From Ophelia neglecta (taxonomy: Eukaryota): a stretch of DNA of 64,000 nucleotides. The first letter of the stretch is position 1; every line of letters begins with the position of its first letter. The notes beneath the pieces were generated by a model that saw nothing but the letters and a program-made list of their open reading frames with translations, was not told the DNA's origin and did no database searches. Positions 49,401 through 62,772 of the stretch are shown here, piece by piece. The position numbers and the translations under genes are program-made. Where the stretch lies: positions 49,972,001 to 50,036,000 of the forward strand of contig OZ260661.1 in the NCBI GenBank assembly GCA_965285935.1, in the 5' to 3' direction.

Positions 49401-52400
49401 TAAAACACTAAGTTACATATTTCAAAATGTGTTGTAAACAAGCTTTTATCCGAAAAAGCTTGTGTATATTATGTACAGGAACATCTCAAATTTCCAATGT
49501 GTGGCATATTGGTTCAAAAGATATGGCTAGTATAACTAGGTCCCTCAGGTTTTTTTTCTAATATAGAATTACAAATGTGCCCATAAACCTATATCTAAAA
49601 GTACATCATATATTGTTACCTGAATAGAGGATATTTTAGTCATTTTAACTGCATGCTGAAAGCAGTCTTGAGGTTCTACCATATTGATATTGAATGAATC
49701 AATTCTCCCACAATTAATTAATTACGATTTTAAGTGGACGAATTAATTGGACGCAATCAGGACTGGGCTAATTATTTGATGTGAATCTGAGCCACTGCAG
49801 CTGTGCAAAAAAGTAGCACTTGAATGGACCCTGAAACGAGGGGAGATATATACGGCCGAAAAATACGAATGTTAGCGGAAAAAAAAGATAAAGATATTCC
49901 AACCTTCCTGTAATAAACCACTTGAGAGCTCATGAGCATGAAAAGAATTAAATGTGTTGTTTTCTTAGCATTTCTCGGCATCATATTGCTGTTGTTGTAG
50001 TGAACGAGATGCAGCCAAGTTCTGCTCGCTAGATACAATAGTGGCCTGCCACCTGGTGCACACTTTGGCATCTGCACTGTAAGTATTTGTAGTGTGACAT
50101 TAATAAAATACAAGGTGTGAAACATTACTTCTGGACCATGGGATGGGGTGGCCGGTATAAATTTATTTTGCCACCGCTAACATGGCTACCGGTACATTAA
50201 TTTATACTGTGAAGCAAGGCGGGACACCGTGAGGTAGCCTATAGCTGTATTAGGTATTTCAATAAATGGCGGCCAGCCTTTTCGTATTCTGACATTCTTG
50301 AGTATATTGACCATTTGACAACACTTTTGGAACTGAAGTGTACAGTTCATATTTACAATACATTCAAGCCTATCTGTTACAGCAAGGAAGTTTTATATTA
50401 GGTTATTATGGATATTACTGAGGCAAATTTTTTTTTTACAGGAAATGAGGCCAAATAAACCCCTTTCCCCCTGAAAGTGCAGGAATCATCTGAAGTGCAA
50501 AGAAATACAAAAAAGTAACCTTAATTCTAAAACTAAAAATTGTTTCTGAGTAAACCTTGAAAAAAGGTCAAGACCAAATTTGACAAAACACATGGATTTG
50601 CAGTGAATGGACATTGGTGTGCTACAGGGTGGCACAACATGGGAAAGATATGACCTGGGAATTCAGTGAAAATTGTCCTGTCATCGGAGGGAGTCCCTTC
50701 ATTGGAGGGTCCCTACATCGCAGGGACCACTGTATATCCAATATGCCAAACATCCCGCCCAGCATCCACCCCTCCCCATCCCACCAACTAACCCCCAATA
50801 ATTTTTTCCTGAACGAGTTTATAAATTCTATCATCCAGTGAAATGAAATGGACATGAAATGGAGATGGTACCCCCTGCCACCTTCCTCCCTGCCCCTACT
50901 CCCCCCCCCCCCCCTTTTCCAACCTTTTCAGCCTCCATGTATTAAACTTATACATGTATAATTAACAATGACAGCAAAGCTATTTGTAATACTTACATCA
51001 AAATAATTAATCCAAATCACTCCCAAGGTCTCAGTACACATACACTGTCATCAGTATATAGACATACTACCCTAGATTGCCAAAATTCCTGGTTATCCAT
51101 TAGTGGCCCTTGCCTGAATACTTAGACAATCCCAGTGCAGATATGAATGTTCTTATCAGTGATTACTAGACCTTACTTACATACTTAAATTATTTTAACT
51201 ACCTGTTAGGTCATTCAAAATGAACTAAGATCATTTTTAGATAAATGGAGTGGCCTATAGGACTGATGGAAGTTACATGTAAATAATATGTGAGAGCATC
51301 AGTATGAATAATGTGGAGAACACAAACAGATGCCGCCACATGTAGCTTAATAATGCATGGATTATATAAACAATTTGTCAATTTATTTACCAAAACAAAG
51401 TTTCGCAAAGAAGTTCAAAACACACAAATTTGCCTGAAATGGTGAGAAAAGCAAACAAAAACAAAAAACAAAGTTTAAAAATTTTCCTGAAAAAACATTC
51501 CCCATGCAAAAATTGTTATTCCTCTAAATAAAAGAAACTACCTGAAATGGCAAGAAAAACAGAAGCAAAATTTCCCAAAAAAGTATGACTAATAAAGGCT
51601 GAATTCTTCATTTATGTAATTTGACCAAGCTTAAAAATGACTAACCCAAGTCAAATCAGGGAAGTAAATTTGTTTTGATAAGTGTGGTTTACTATATTCT
51701 TAATGTGCTTCTAGGTTCTTGCCAATAATACAAATGCTGAAATAATTAATGTATCAAGTAAAATTCGTGGTGAAGCTAATATAATGTCATATCATACCAC
51801 ATTACGATCCACTGTATGTGTGATGATACAACCTTGCAACAATGTATGACAAGTAGCTACTTGAATAACTGACTGTTTTGTCAATGCATATTTGAATTTC
51901 CTATGGCAACAGGTACACTCAGACACTAATTCAGATCCACTAACAGAGACAATATGTTTGAACATATTTTGTCATTTTAATTTGGCAGAAAGCATGTCTG
52001 AGTAAATTCTCCAAGGGGATTTTCACCGGTGCAAGACCTAGAATGCTGCACTCTGGGTTCCAAAATCTGGGTTTCAAAATCTGCTGGGTACTCAGGTTAC
52101 CATGCAGCTTGCAAATATCCTATTCTTGGTAGGCAATAAGATTATCACACTTGCCTATACAGTGATCTGTTTCTTCGAGTTGGCATGTACCTGCAATATG
52201 CCACTGCAGGAATAGTGCCTTAGGCTAGGCTGTGATCTGAGTGAAATCTGTTTCCAGTGACACCAAGCCACTAACAAGAACTGTCTTTCATAAAAGACAA
52301 GGAATTGTACTTACTTAGATAGGAGATTTCTTGGACACCACTCTTTTATACAACATACATGTACAGGAGTCAAACTGGGCATGTCCCTTTACAAGATTAG

Positions 52401-55400
52401 TTTATCACTTGGTTGCCTTGATAAATGTTCACACTGACAAAGTTTATGTAAAAGAGACATTCCCATACTCAATGAATGTCAACTAGCAAAGTAATAATAG
52501 CATAAGTTCAGAAGAAATATTCTTTGAATCACACAGCTCCTTCTTTGGACTTGGATTCAGTACTGGCCTTATAGCTGACCAGGGCCAATACAATAGACCA
52601 CATTTTCCAAACAATAATTTCTTGCTTGGTTTTGTTGACTAAGTAACAGCTTGTAAGCTTAATATAATGAATATCTGTTGAAATTTAATGCATGTTCACT
52701 GATTACAATAAGGTATTACAGAAACCAATACAGTTTTGGCTATAATTATATAATTTGTATATCACTTACTTTACAGTAAATCCTGTGCTCTGTCTTCCTT
52801 TACTTCCAGAATGTGCAATTCTTTTCTGGGGAAGAAGGTTGAGCAATGCATCCACATTTCCCTGCAAATTAAGGTATGCACCAATCATGCAATAAGATTG
52901 TATTACTGGTAATTCCCAACTGAAATCATTAATTTTTTACAAGCATGTGTACTGAAAAAAGTGCAGTGCATAAATATGTATCCAAAATTGTGGCTGCCAA
53001 ATACAGGAACCATTATTGTACAGCCATAAAATACCAATTAATTACACAGCAAAGAATTAGCATTCATTATTTCTTCTAGGCCATTAATAATTCTCAGTCG
53101 TCTGCTGGTTCAAAACGTCAATTCTGACTAGTTAACAAAGAGGCAAATCTTCTTCAAACATTTCCCCATGTAATCCCAGCAGTTGATATACAGGTGATTT
53201 ATCTTATGTTGAAATCAATACCTGTCCAAGTCTCCACAATGATATTATAAAGACTGAGGAACCAGCAAATTCCAATCAATATAATCCTAAAACATTACAG
53301 GTACTAAGGTTATTTCCTACCAAGGAAGCATGTAGAAATTGGGTTTTCTGGCCATTTTTCTATGTTAGGTATGGCTCAGATATCAACAAAAGGGCATTTA
53401 CTGGTACCTTCATCTATGAACATAATACTTTGGTAAGCAGGCTTTAAAGGAAATTTCAAAACAAAATCATCGAAGTACATTGTCAAAACTTTGAGCATGA
53501 CAAAAAATTAGACTTTTTAAGTAACTAAACCCCTTTTATTCACATTAATGACACAAACGCTGTTGAAATATTCTTCATCAGGGAATATATAGCATGGAGT
53601 ATATGGGACAAATTTCCGGAAATATCATTGCCTTCTGGTGTAAATGATATTACATGGCTGTATGTCCAAAGGTAAATGACATTATTGAAGCTTATGTTGG
53701 ACTACTAGACTGCGTGTAGTTATACTTGGCCATCCTAGTAAACCTCAAGGTAAACTAGTCCCATAACAGATGAGGGGTATAGGCCAAATCTCAAAAAAGA
53801 TGCCTCAGTCTAGTAAGGGAAATAGTTAGCTTCAAACCTGACATACATCAAGACTGCCAGTGGATTGTACAAATAACTCTTCCACTTTATATTCATTTCT
53901 AAATGCCCCTGTAATAATAAAGCACTGTATGGTAGGGACAGTGTGTCATTTTGGTTCTCATGCATAACAAGTTAGGCATTTGTTGACCAAGTTATGTTAC
54001 CCAATATTTTCACTTGATTTGTTTGTGCAATAAAATTTGCCCTAAGCAAGCTTGTCTAGTAGAAAGTAGTTGGAGAAAGCTGAATACATACCCTGCAAAC
54101 CTTCTTATAGCAATCTACAATGCCGATTAATTCCTTCTGAGTGATTGAGGCCTGGTGTAATTCCTCGGCCAGTACATCATCCAGAAGAGACAAACTTCCT
54201 TGGTCCAATTCTCTTTCATCTGGAGCCAGGTATTCAAAATGAGTCACACCAGCATTGGTAGATGCTGTGAAGTGGCGGGCATTTTGTCTGAAGTAAAATA
54301 CAGAATGTTACTTTGCCACTTAGTTTCTACTGCAAACAGAAAATGTCCTTTTGACCATTACTTTGACCATGAATGATATCAAGTTTACTACTTAAAGCAT
54401 CTTGAAATGACAGACAGCTAGTCTAGTTATTGCAAGCTTGGCACTTTGCGTTATTGATTTCCACAAATTTAATGTTGCTTGTGCCAAATTATGATGTAAT
54501 TACTTAGTAAGTTCCCAGAAGTCAGGCTCCTGGTAGTCTGGATAATTCATCCTGGGGGAAATGACGGTTGATTTTGGAGTGTTCGGTTTCTGAAAATTAA
54601 AATTTACAATTGTGAGCTACTGATTACAGTTTTTTCTATTTTTAAGTACCTGTTAAGTAGCATGGTAATGTAATAGAATTACATTTAATGTTTATATGAA
54701 TTATTAAGCACATTCATGTCAGGTAACATATACTATGGTAAAGAGTTATTATGAAAACAATCATAGAACCTCTGCTATGATAATCTATCATAGAACACAG
54801 GAACATGATATAAAATGTACTTTACCTTGAGAGGGTTTCCAACAAAGCCTTTCTTGTCCTCCTTGATGCGGAGCAACTCCACTTTTCTCTGCCGAGGGAC
54901 CAATGGGTAGCGAGACATTGGCATCGCCGGCATATTTGGAATGTTAGGGTTGAGGAGTGGGTGGTGATGAAGAGGAAAAGAATGCATCGTATTAGCTGTA
55001 TTTTGAAAGCTGTTCTGCACTTGTCCCGAATAGGGCTTTTCTGGCTAAGCATGTAACAGAAATGAAAGCTGCAGTGAAATAATATCAATTTTACTACTTT
55101 TGCAATTGTTTTTCTTATCACTGAGGCACAGTGGAAACATTGTTCAAACTCAAATAATTTACTATTAGGTAATTAACCACAGTGACTTCAGATAATTAGT
55201 TTCAAGTTCATTAACAAACACATGTATTTATGCTTGCCACACTTATTCTTAAAGCTTAACTAAATGATAACAGCCTCACTCTTTGGCACGGATTCACCCA
55301 AAATGTGAATACACAATCTATTAAAAGTGATACTTTATTGTTTTGAAACACCGGTTATATCAAAGTGAAAAAACAAACATTAAGTTATGCCCCAATTGCA

Positions 55401-58288
55401 TTCCCAGGGTCAGGGTGAAACTGCAGTGCTACCTGGTAAGTGAAATTTAAAATGTGACCTAGTTAAATCTACTAGAGAATGTACCGGTACACAGATCTCC
55501 TGAAATAAGGAGACTTCCTCAACTCATTAGATAATATTCTCCCTTTTCCTTGAAAATGGCTCACTTTTATTATTAACATTTTTTAAAATTCAACTTATGA
55601 ACTTGGCATGTGTCACCTTATTTACTTCGATTTTACCTTTGTGCACACACAATGTCACAACAATTCACTGATTAAAAAAATGTGAAAAATTCTTCAAGAT
55701 ATTGCAAATGTGAAAAATGTACCCCTTGGGCAATGTTAGGTGAGAGAATACAGTTCTAACATGAGGCTGTTGGTGTAGAGGGGCCATGTATTTTCCTTTT
55801 TAATATTCCTAAACTTCCAGCATCAGGAATAACATACAAGTCATTATTTTCAGTAAATTTCACTGCAAGCCATTTTTCACGCTATATTTGTTCTTGACAC
55901 TTTATGGTTAAAAGAAACTAAGATCAAAAAGAAATATTGGAAAATTTCTGACACAACCTTTACACGAGCAAATTTTCATTGAATATACCACTCAAATAAT
56001 TAAAATATTTTACTAGGCATGGATTTGCCAAGGTTCATTATTAATAGTAAATATTGTCAATAGTATAAATTTACTCTATATGTAAAAATAGGTATTGCTA
56101 CTGCTTATGTGAATGCAGAACATCTACACAGTCATCCATTGAGACATTTATGTGATGATTGACATGCAAGACCTTTTCAAAAAATTAAAACTAAATCATT
56201 ACTCTCTGCCATATGTTCAACATTGATTTATTTACAAAGTGATTTCTAAATCTCGCAACAACACTTCATGCATTGCACCGTCACCCGACATGGCTTAATT
56301 TTGTTAGAATCTGGTCTCCAAAGTAAACTCATACCTCCACAGGCAGATGGCCAAATAACTAATCGATCCAATATGAACACTAAGAATGATGGAATAAAGA
56401 AATTAAGTCATTTTGAGGTTTGTTTATAAGTGGTGAACATTCAAGAGATCCACAGAGAATTAAATCGATGGTCATTTTAACCCCTTTTCTTCTGAGATTT
56501 TTGTATCTACTATAAATCACTGCGATGAAACTATAGGAAATGAAACCATGAGAAATGGGGCCCAAGTAACTTTTTCTTTCAATATAATGAACAAGGAATT
56601 ATTTGGACACTGCCATCTGCACACAAATACCACAACATTCATTCATCAATTTATTTTTTAGTTTGCTGTTAAGATTGTGACCAAAACATCATACAGTATT
56701 TTCTTAAATCTTACAGATACTTCTTTTGAGGTAGTAGGGGAAGGCTCTGTGTTACATTCATTAATTCTTTGCTGAAATAAAAAGGCAGTAAAACTTGATC
56801 TACAGTTGTTTGTCTTATCCCATGTGCACAGCACATTCTCCTCAGACTGACATATTGACTTTATTGATACATGTCCAAAACATGTATGTCTATGGATTGA
56901 ACACTTCTGTTCAGGTAAAGAGGAAACTACTACATTGGTTCCAAACTACTTCAATGACCATATATTTATTTACGACAGGGTTATAAAGGTCCAGGTTACA
57001 GTGAATGAACAACAGCACACAGAGCATATATCCTCTGCTACTCAAGGTGTCATTTGTTGGAAGGCTCACTTTGGAGAGGTCGAACAAGGAAAACTCATTG
57101 CAAGAGTCCATTGAAGATTACAATGAAGTAATGTTGAACAAAGAACGCCAAACACTGAACGCCGGACGGACAACAACCTGACTACTAGCACATATAATGC
57201 CTCCATTGGAGGCCTAATAGGATGTCAAAAGTTAAAATCTGTAAATACTGGAACTGGTTTTTTGCATTAACCGTATCTAACCATATTGTCATATAGTAGA
57301 GTGATGACAGGTGAGGATAAAAACTTACATATCTACGTTGTTCAGTGGGCGTCCTGACCCTACAAGACGGCATGCCCCTACCTCTTGCCAGGGGAGGTAC
57401 GGCATGCTTTACTCCCTGTGGGGCATGACGGCTTTCCTGTCAAAGCAAAAAAATTTCATCGCATTGCATCATCCATAGCTACTTAATGTTTACAAAAATT
57501 ATGAAGGAAAAATGAGCAAACAAAGATTAAAAGATATCTACAAATTTTAAAGAATTCTAGTCAAATTTATTCTCATGGCTTGCTTGATCCTTGATCACCC
57601 CAAAGCGAAGCTCATTGTTCATAAGAAGGAGGAGCATTGTATCTATCGAGGCAAATTGGCTTTAATAACAATGAGACATACAGGTTGTAAGAATGCATTG
57701 ACAAGTTCTTTAATATGTACTTGTACAACTTGACACACATATAACATCTTAACATATTTGAAAAATTGTGGGTAAAATGGGTTTTGAAGTGCATATAAAT
57801 GTAAAAAATTCTCAACCCACACCCAACCACCTTGATCTAAAAGAAGATGCATCTTGTCGCATATTTGGGTTGTACCCTTAGTTTAAGGGTTGGCCTTTTT
57901 TCAGATTTTTATAATTAAGCCTTATTTTGGAATAACAAATTAAGGAACTTTGTTTTACTAATACAAATCCCTTAATTTGGCACAAAGGTTCGCTTTTTTC
58001 TAGATCTAAGAAAAGGCGGTCTTCTATTAGAGCAAATACGGTATACAAGATTTCTGCAGTGACTTAATTTTTCTTAATTGTAACAGCTGTATTATAATAT
58101 CCACCTGCACCTCAATCACAAATATCAAGTTAGAAATGTTAACATACTGAACCAAGAAATATGCCAGTGAGATTTCTAGTAGGTCCTCGCGGTGGCCGTG
58201 TTGGCATGGCATTGGTAAGAGGAACATGCACCAGGGGGAGCTCTGCAGTGGGCTGAATGTTCCTCATATTTTTGTCTGCTGACAACAT
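34419..58288 (-). CDS. Uncharacterised protein of about 624 aa (Pro-rich N-terminus, short helical core, acidic low-complexity region, C-terminal helix), 11 predicted coding exons
   Basis: Exons 58148-58288 (ATG), 57329-57436, 54826-55044, 54504-54589, 54101-54287 (in-phase alternative donor at 54092), 52770-52861, 44351-44541, 41784-41917, 39134-39566, 38492-38601, 34419-34592 (TAA). All have GT-AG boundaries and the phases chain into one stop-free 1875-nt frame. No family recognised; small extra exons may have been missed. Confidence 0.75.
35410..35600. mobile_element. MITE of the 37317 subfamily (left end degraded)
   Basis: Ends with GGTGGTCTTTAAGGCAGGTTTCACTG, as does 37317-37494. Confidence 0.7.
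35690..36170 (-). mobile_element. Decayed LINE ORF1 remnant
   Basis: A coiled-coil-like stretch, then IREL*DREAKKK..IVFG and a later KPRPLR, matching the E.E.RK.NII.FG and RPRP motifs of CR1/L2-type ORF1. Confidence 0.45.
37317..37494. mobile_element. Complete TA-target MITE
   Basis: Perfect 12-bp TIRs CAGTGAAACCTG / CAGGTTTCACTG flanked by TA on both sides; internal GGTGGTCT repeats. Confidence 0.85.
44874..45990. mobile_element. Fragmented Helitron/HINE-like remnants
   Basis: AAACAAGA-type start, ACCAAGTTTC..AAAATCC motif and GGATGGTCAGA repeats typical of non-autonomous rolling-circle elements. Boundaries are uncertain. Confidence 0.3.
46671..46839. mobile_element. MITE copy, inverted relative to 37317-37494
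   Basis: AAACCTGCCTTAAAGACCACC...GGTCTTAATTCCCAGGTTTCACTG-TA, a close reverse complement of the 37317 copy. Confidence 0.85.
47826..48155 (+). mobile_element. tRNA-derived SINE with Meta/MESC-like core and (AACC)n tail
   Basis: A-box-like TGGCAGGGTGG head; core GGTGTCAGTATAATTGTGAC..GGGTTCCCTGTCTGGTGTC; ends GTTGAAAGCCATGTAAAACCCCAAAC(AACC)n. Three copies in the window. Confidence 0.8.
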
Positions 58289-61273
58289 GTGGGCCTTTCT
58301 ATGTCACCAATGTGACAGACAACTAAAATCTGTCGAGATCTGCAAGAGTAAAATATGGGGTAGAAGTCAGGTCTTACATATTTACAAAATTACAATACAC
58401 TGTAACATATTCAGGAAAACATTATAATTTTGCCATACAAGGACAAAGAACAGATATCCAGTAAATTTTTACTCTTTTAACATCACCTGTGCAAACCAAG
58501 ACAGGAGGTGGAATAAAATATGTAGTGATTGCTGCTTTTACAGAAAGAGCAATAATACACAAATCATGCTGGAACCTAACTGTTTAAGTTGCTATAATTT
58601 ATATTAGTTAACTCCTAAAAGTTAATCATATGAAAATCTGGCTCTAAATATCTTGCAGCCTGCTTCAGCCTGCTTTCCCCTTGTGTAAATGTATTCCTTT
58701 TTATTAATTATTTTTTTCCTTCAACATTGTCAATGATCTGTTAAAAAACCTTCGTAAACCAACAGGTACATTAAAAAATGGTGGGCTAATAATCCCAATT
58801 TCCATTGAAATGCAAACTTTAGAGTAAACATCAACCAATAACCTGACTTGTTCACTTGCTCAAGCTGTTCGTTGTTATGCCAACATCGTTCCCACTTTCT
58901 CTCGCTCGCTGGAATTGGTGGTCAATTTCCATGAGAAAACACCCCGCTTTGTCATGCTGCTAGCAAGCTTCGAGAAACACATCCATAATTCTAGTTCTGG
59001 TCCCTGTTTTGAACCAGGGGTAGCTGAGAGAGTGCCCGTTTTGTAAAACTAGCTTAAACCTTTTGATAACTTTGTGTAAAAGCTAGACTTGGTCCAGACA
59101 AGATCAAAACAATTAAATTATAATACTATTTAAAACAATAATTCTATACATTACTAGTCGAATTATTGCACAAGGAAAACACATCACGTCTTCTTCACTT
59201 ATACATGCACTTATTAAAATATAGTAAATTGTGTTTTCCAATGGATATTTGTAAATAAAGTCTTTAACATAAATTTAAACTTGTGATGATTTCCTACATT
59301 AAGTCTTAACCTACTTAAAGGAAAAAAAATCCTAAATATATCTATGAGGAAGGCATGCTCCCACACCCTTTCAGAGGGGGCTCTGTCACCATCACAACTT
59401 GCCAAATCTAGATCCCTGTTGGCCTTCCAGGAACAAGGATGGTCTGTTAAATGCGATTCCAAAAATATGTAAATGTCTACCTGGTCACAATGTGTTGCCA
59501 TAAGTAATCAAGGAATTGTCTATACGCATGACGAGGTGTTTGTATGAAACTGAATAATTGGAGCAGTCGAGCTTACATCACCACCACTGATTTGTGACTA
59601 CTTCACTAGGTGAAAACACCACAGGCTCAGCACTAGTTTCATGCTAAATTCAGCATTTTCAACGCTCCATTGTCAATTAACTATCTGATATAAATAGGGA
59701 ATATTATGGGATTCTGATTCTTTATGATAAAACGAACATGACAGATGAAAACCTATATGATTTTGGTCGAGTTTAAAGCTTACAGAGCAATTCTTATTTG
59801 ACTCTTAACATAGAAAAGATAGCAGCTTGACGGCAACTTCACCGAGCGCTGGACAACGTAGTGACGGCCACACGTATTTGTGATTGGCTGAGCACCATGC
59901 CCGACAGCAAGAATTATGATGTTATAAACAAGCCAATATGTCACCTAGATAGAATCCCTGACTGCAATATGCACGCCCCAATCCAATAATAAAACACCAA
60001 GATTTAGTTGCTCATTCTCTGTATATGTTTATTCTCCACTCGCAGCCATTTAAGTACAGATAATTGACAACTGAAATGGGCAAATTGTCGTAACTTCTCT
60101 TTCCATACACAGCTCTGTACACTTAAGCTTGCACTTGATGGTGTCATTTGACACTTGTAACTTTGGTGTATGTGTCCCATCATTCACTGAGTACTTTGAC
60201 AAGCATAAAAGCCAAAAAGGCTTACTGAAAACCCCTTTTGATGTTGAAGGAAACTAGTCAAATTTATTTTGCGGTAACTTTCGAAACATTTTTGCTCTCA
60301 GGCATATACATGTATCGGGTAATTTTGGGAAAGCCCTGAATGACACCCCTCCGCCACCCCCCCCCCCCCGCCCTCCGTATCCTCCGCCCAAGCCTCCCCC
60401 CCTTCCGTTTAAGAAAGCCCCCACTCCACTCACTCACTATACCTGACGAGTGCCCTGGTCCAATGTTTATATTGTTACACTGTTTATATGTAGGGATCTG
60501 CGTGATGTACTTATAAACATAGCGTAAGATGAATGAACAGCATTAGGATCATCATTGGGAAATCATTGTTTGGTTGATTTGAGATAACGAAAACTAAACC
60601 ACACCTACGTTACGTTCACATGAATATTCCTTGACGTAAAACATACAAAATCTTTTCCCGGTCACGTTGGAAGCTCAATGATTTACGGAACCACTTTACT
60701 ATGACGTCGGTTAGCAACTGTATATTTAGTCGGTGAGCAAGGTAGTTTGATTGTATTCACCAGGAGGCAGCACATGCCTTGATGTCTATTTTTGAGGCAG
60801 TAGTACGCACTGGCCATTGGGGGGGGGGGGGGGCGGGGGTACGTGCAGCCGTTGTCCCTTTGCAGGTTAAATCAGCAGGTGAAGGAACCCGCATAACTGT
60901 TTAACACGGGCATTATTTGTACCGATTAAACGTTTGTCATACCTATAGGATGAATTCTACTCCCATATCATACCAAAAAGGGGAAAGTGTAATGAAATGT
61001 TCCTTACACGATATATAAACAAATAAAATTTTCACTACAACTGAATTTCTTTAGTGATACAATTATGACCGCATCACCTAGGAATATTTATTCAGTTACA
61101 TGACTGGACAAATGAAACACTGTAATCACAGCACTGTAAAACCACAAATTGTTCGCAACGATTTAACTGCATGGCAAATTCCGGAACTGAAAACAAAATA
61201 CAAACATTAATAGTTGCCAGCATTGTCATTTTACAATACATATAATATAGTTTATTTGATTCTAATCCCAAAC

Positions 61274-61550
61274 TGTGGCAAAGTGGTTACAGTTTCATTT
61301 ACGTCAAACCCAGGACGTAAAAATAGGTGCTGATGGCTGCCTGGCATTTCAGGGGAATATTCAGGACCAATCAAGCCAGTGTCAGTATGTGATTGTGTGG
61401 GGTTCCCTGTCTGGTGGCTACCGCAGGTATGCCAGTGAGACAGCAATATATAGAGTAAGAGCTGACTGTCACAAGTAGGCACCATGGTGAAATGACCAGA
61501 TAGTGTTGAAAGCGATGTAAACGTACACTCGAACAACCAAACAGCCATCA
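61274..61550 (+). mobile_element. Third, more diverged copy of the Meta/MESC-like SINE
   Basis: Shares GTGTCAGTATGTGA, GGGGTTCCCTGTCTGGTG, ACTGTCACAAGTAGGCAC and GTGTTGAAAGC with the other two copies. Confidence 0.75.
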
Positions 61551-62772
61551 ACTAAATCTTAGCAGAATAGCATTATTTAAGAAAATGCAACATTAATGAT
61601 AGAAAATATATTTTAATCCAAGTCTTCATCTACCAGATTTTTTAATTGGTCCTTTTTGTGTATACTTTGGGATGTTGATTAATTGTGGAGGTGCGAAGGC
61701 TATAAAAATGCAGCGTTCATGGTTATTTCTGAGTGGCAAGAAGCAAAAAAAATTGAAAGCAGGGCTATTGCTAGTGCTCAGAGTTAATTTTAGGGTTGGG
61801 AAAATGGTTAGGTACAGGTTTTTATATGTTGTGACCTAATCTTGGAATTTGCCTACGCAAGGCTCTGGGCCTCCAATGTTAATCAAAAGCCACACTTTGC
61901 GTATATAACAAGTATGTGCAGGTCGAATGTCCAAACTAAGTAATTCAACTCCAAAATATAGGTGCATATTTTTATTTGTTAAAAAACATACAGCAACTAT
62001 TATCATTGATTTCATGTACACTGGAAATTTTCTAAAACATAATATTATCATATAATAGATTATTACGAAATCACAAAGTTAATGTTTTACACCATGAAAC
62101 AAAAGGAGATCGATACCAAAAGGAAACCGAAAATGACTACTGGTATGTGTTAAATGAAACTTTACCCAAATTCCTATTAAGTTTACACAAGAAAAAGTAT
62201 TGGGTATGTACATGTATTCAATCCACTTTCAACTTACGCCCATCAGATTATGAGTTTATTTGATACTACTTGACTCACTGGAAACTGTTGAAATGATACA
62301 GTACAAGTACATTTGTTTATAAACTTCTAGTCTTGAAGGATATTATGGGCTGTCAATGTTTCCGAGGAAAATGAGCTTGTAAAACACACATACACGGTAT
62401 ACACTCATTCAAATAAATATTTCCAGTAATTTAAGAATTCAGGCCTGACTCTACAAAACAGAGTTTGTATAGATCTATTGGATAATCTTTCAATTCCAAA
62501 ACAATGCTATACACATACACCTCTTCAAACCAAATCACACATATGCCTTTCATGCATTCATTTACACAATAAATCTGGACCTACTTGGTACTATGAAAAC
62601 ATTAATTTTTTTTCTGCTTTTTGAAAGATTGTTTAAATAGGAATAAAATTTTGAAGACTTTTCTAGGAAGGCAGGAAAAGACAGGCAGATAGGTTGCATT
62701 TTCCTTCCTGAACTTGGTGAATTATTAAGGAAATGAAAATTGAAGGAAACCTTAATCACATATTCTATCATA

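Noticed and set aside
54437-54490. Imperfect hairpin with a miR-96-family seed (TTGGCAC) on both strands
   Set aside because: Only the seed matches known miR-96/182 sequences, the stem is short and mismatched, and it sits in a small intron.
55014-55028. TGCACTTGTCCCG resembling miR-92
   Set aside because: The seed is incomplete, there is no hairpin, and it lies within a coding exon of the minus-strand gene.
58871-58892. Minus-strand GATGTTGGCATA resembling miR-31
   Set aside because: The seed does not match and there is no hairpin partner; better explained as an X-box-like site.
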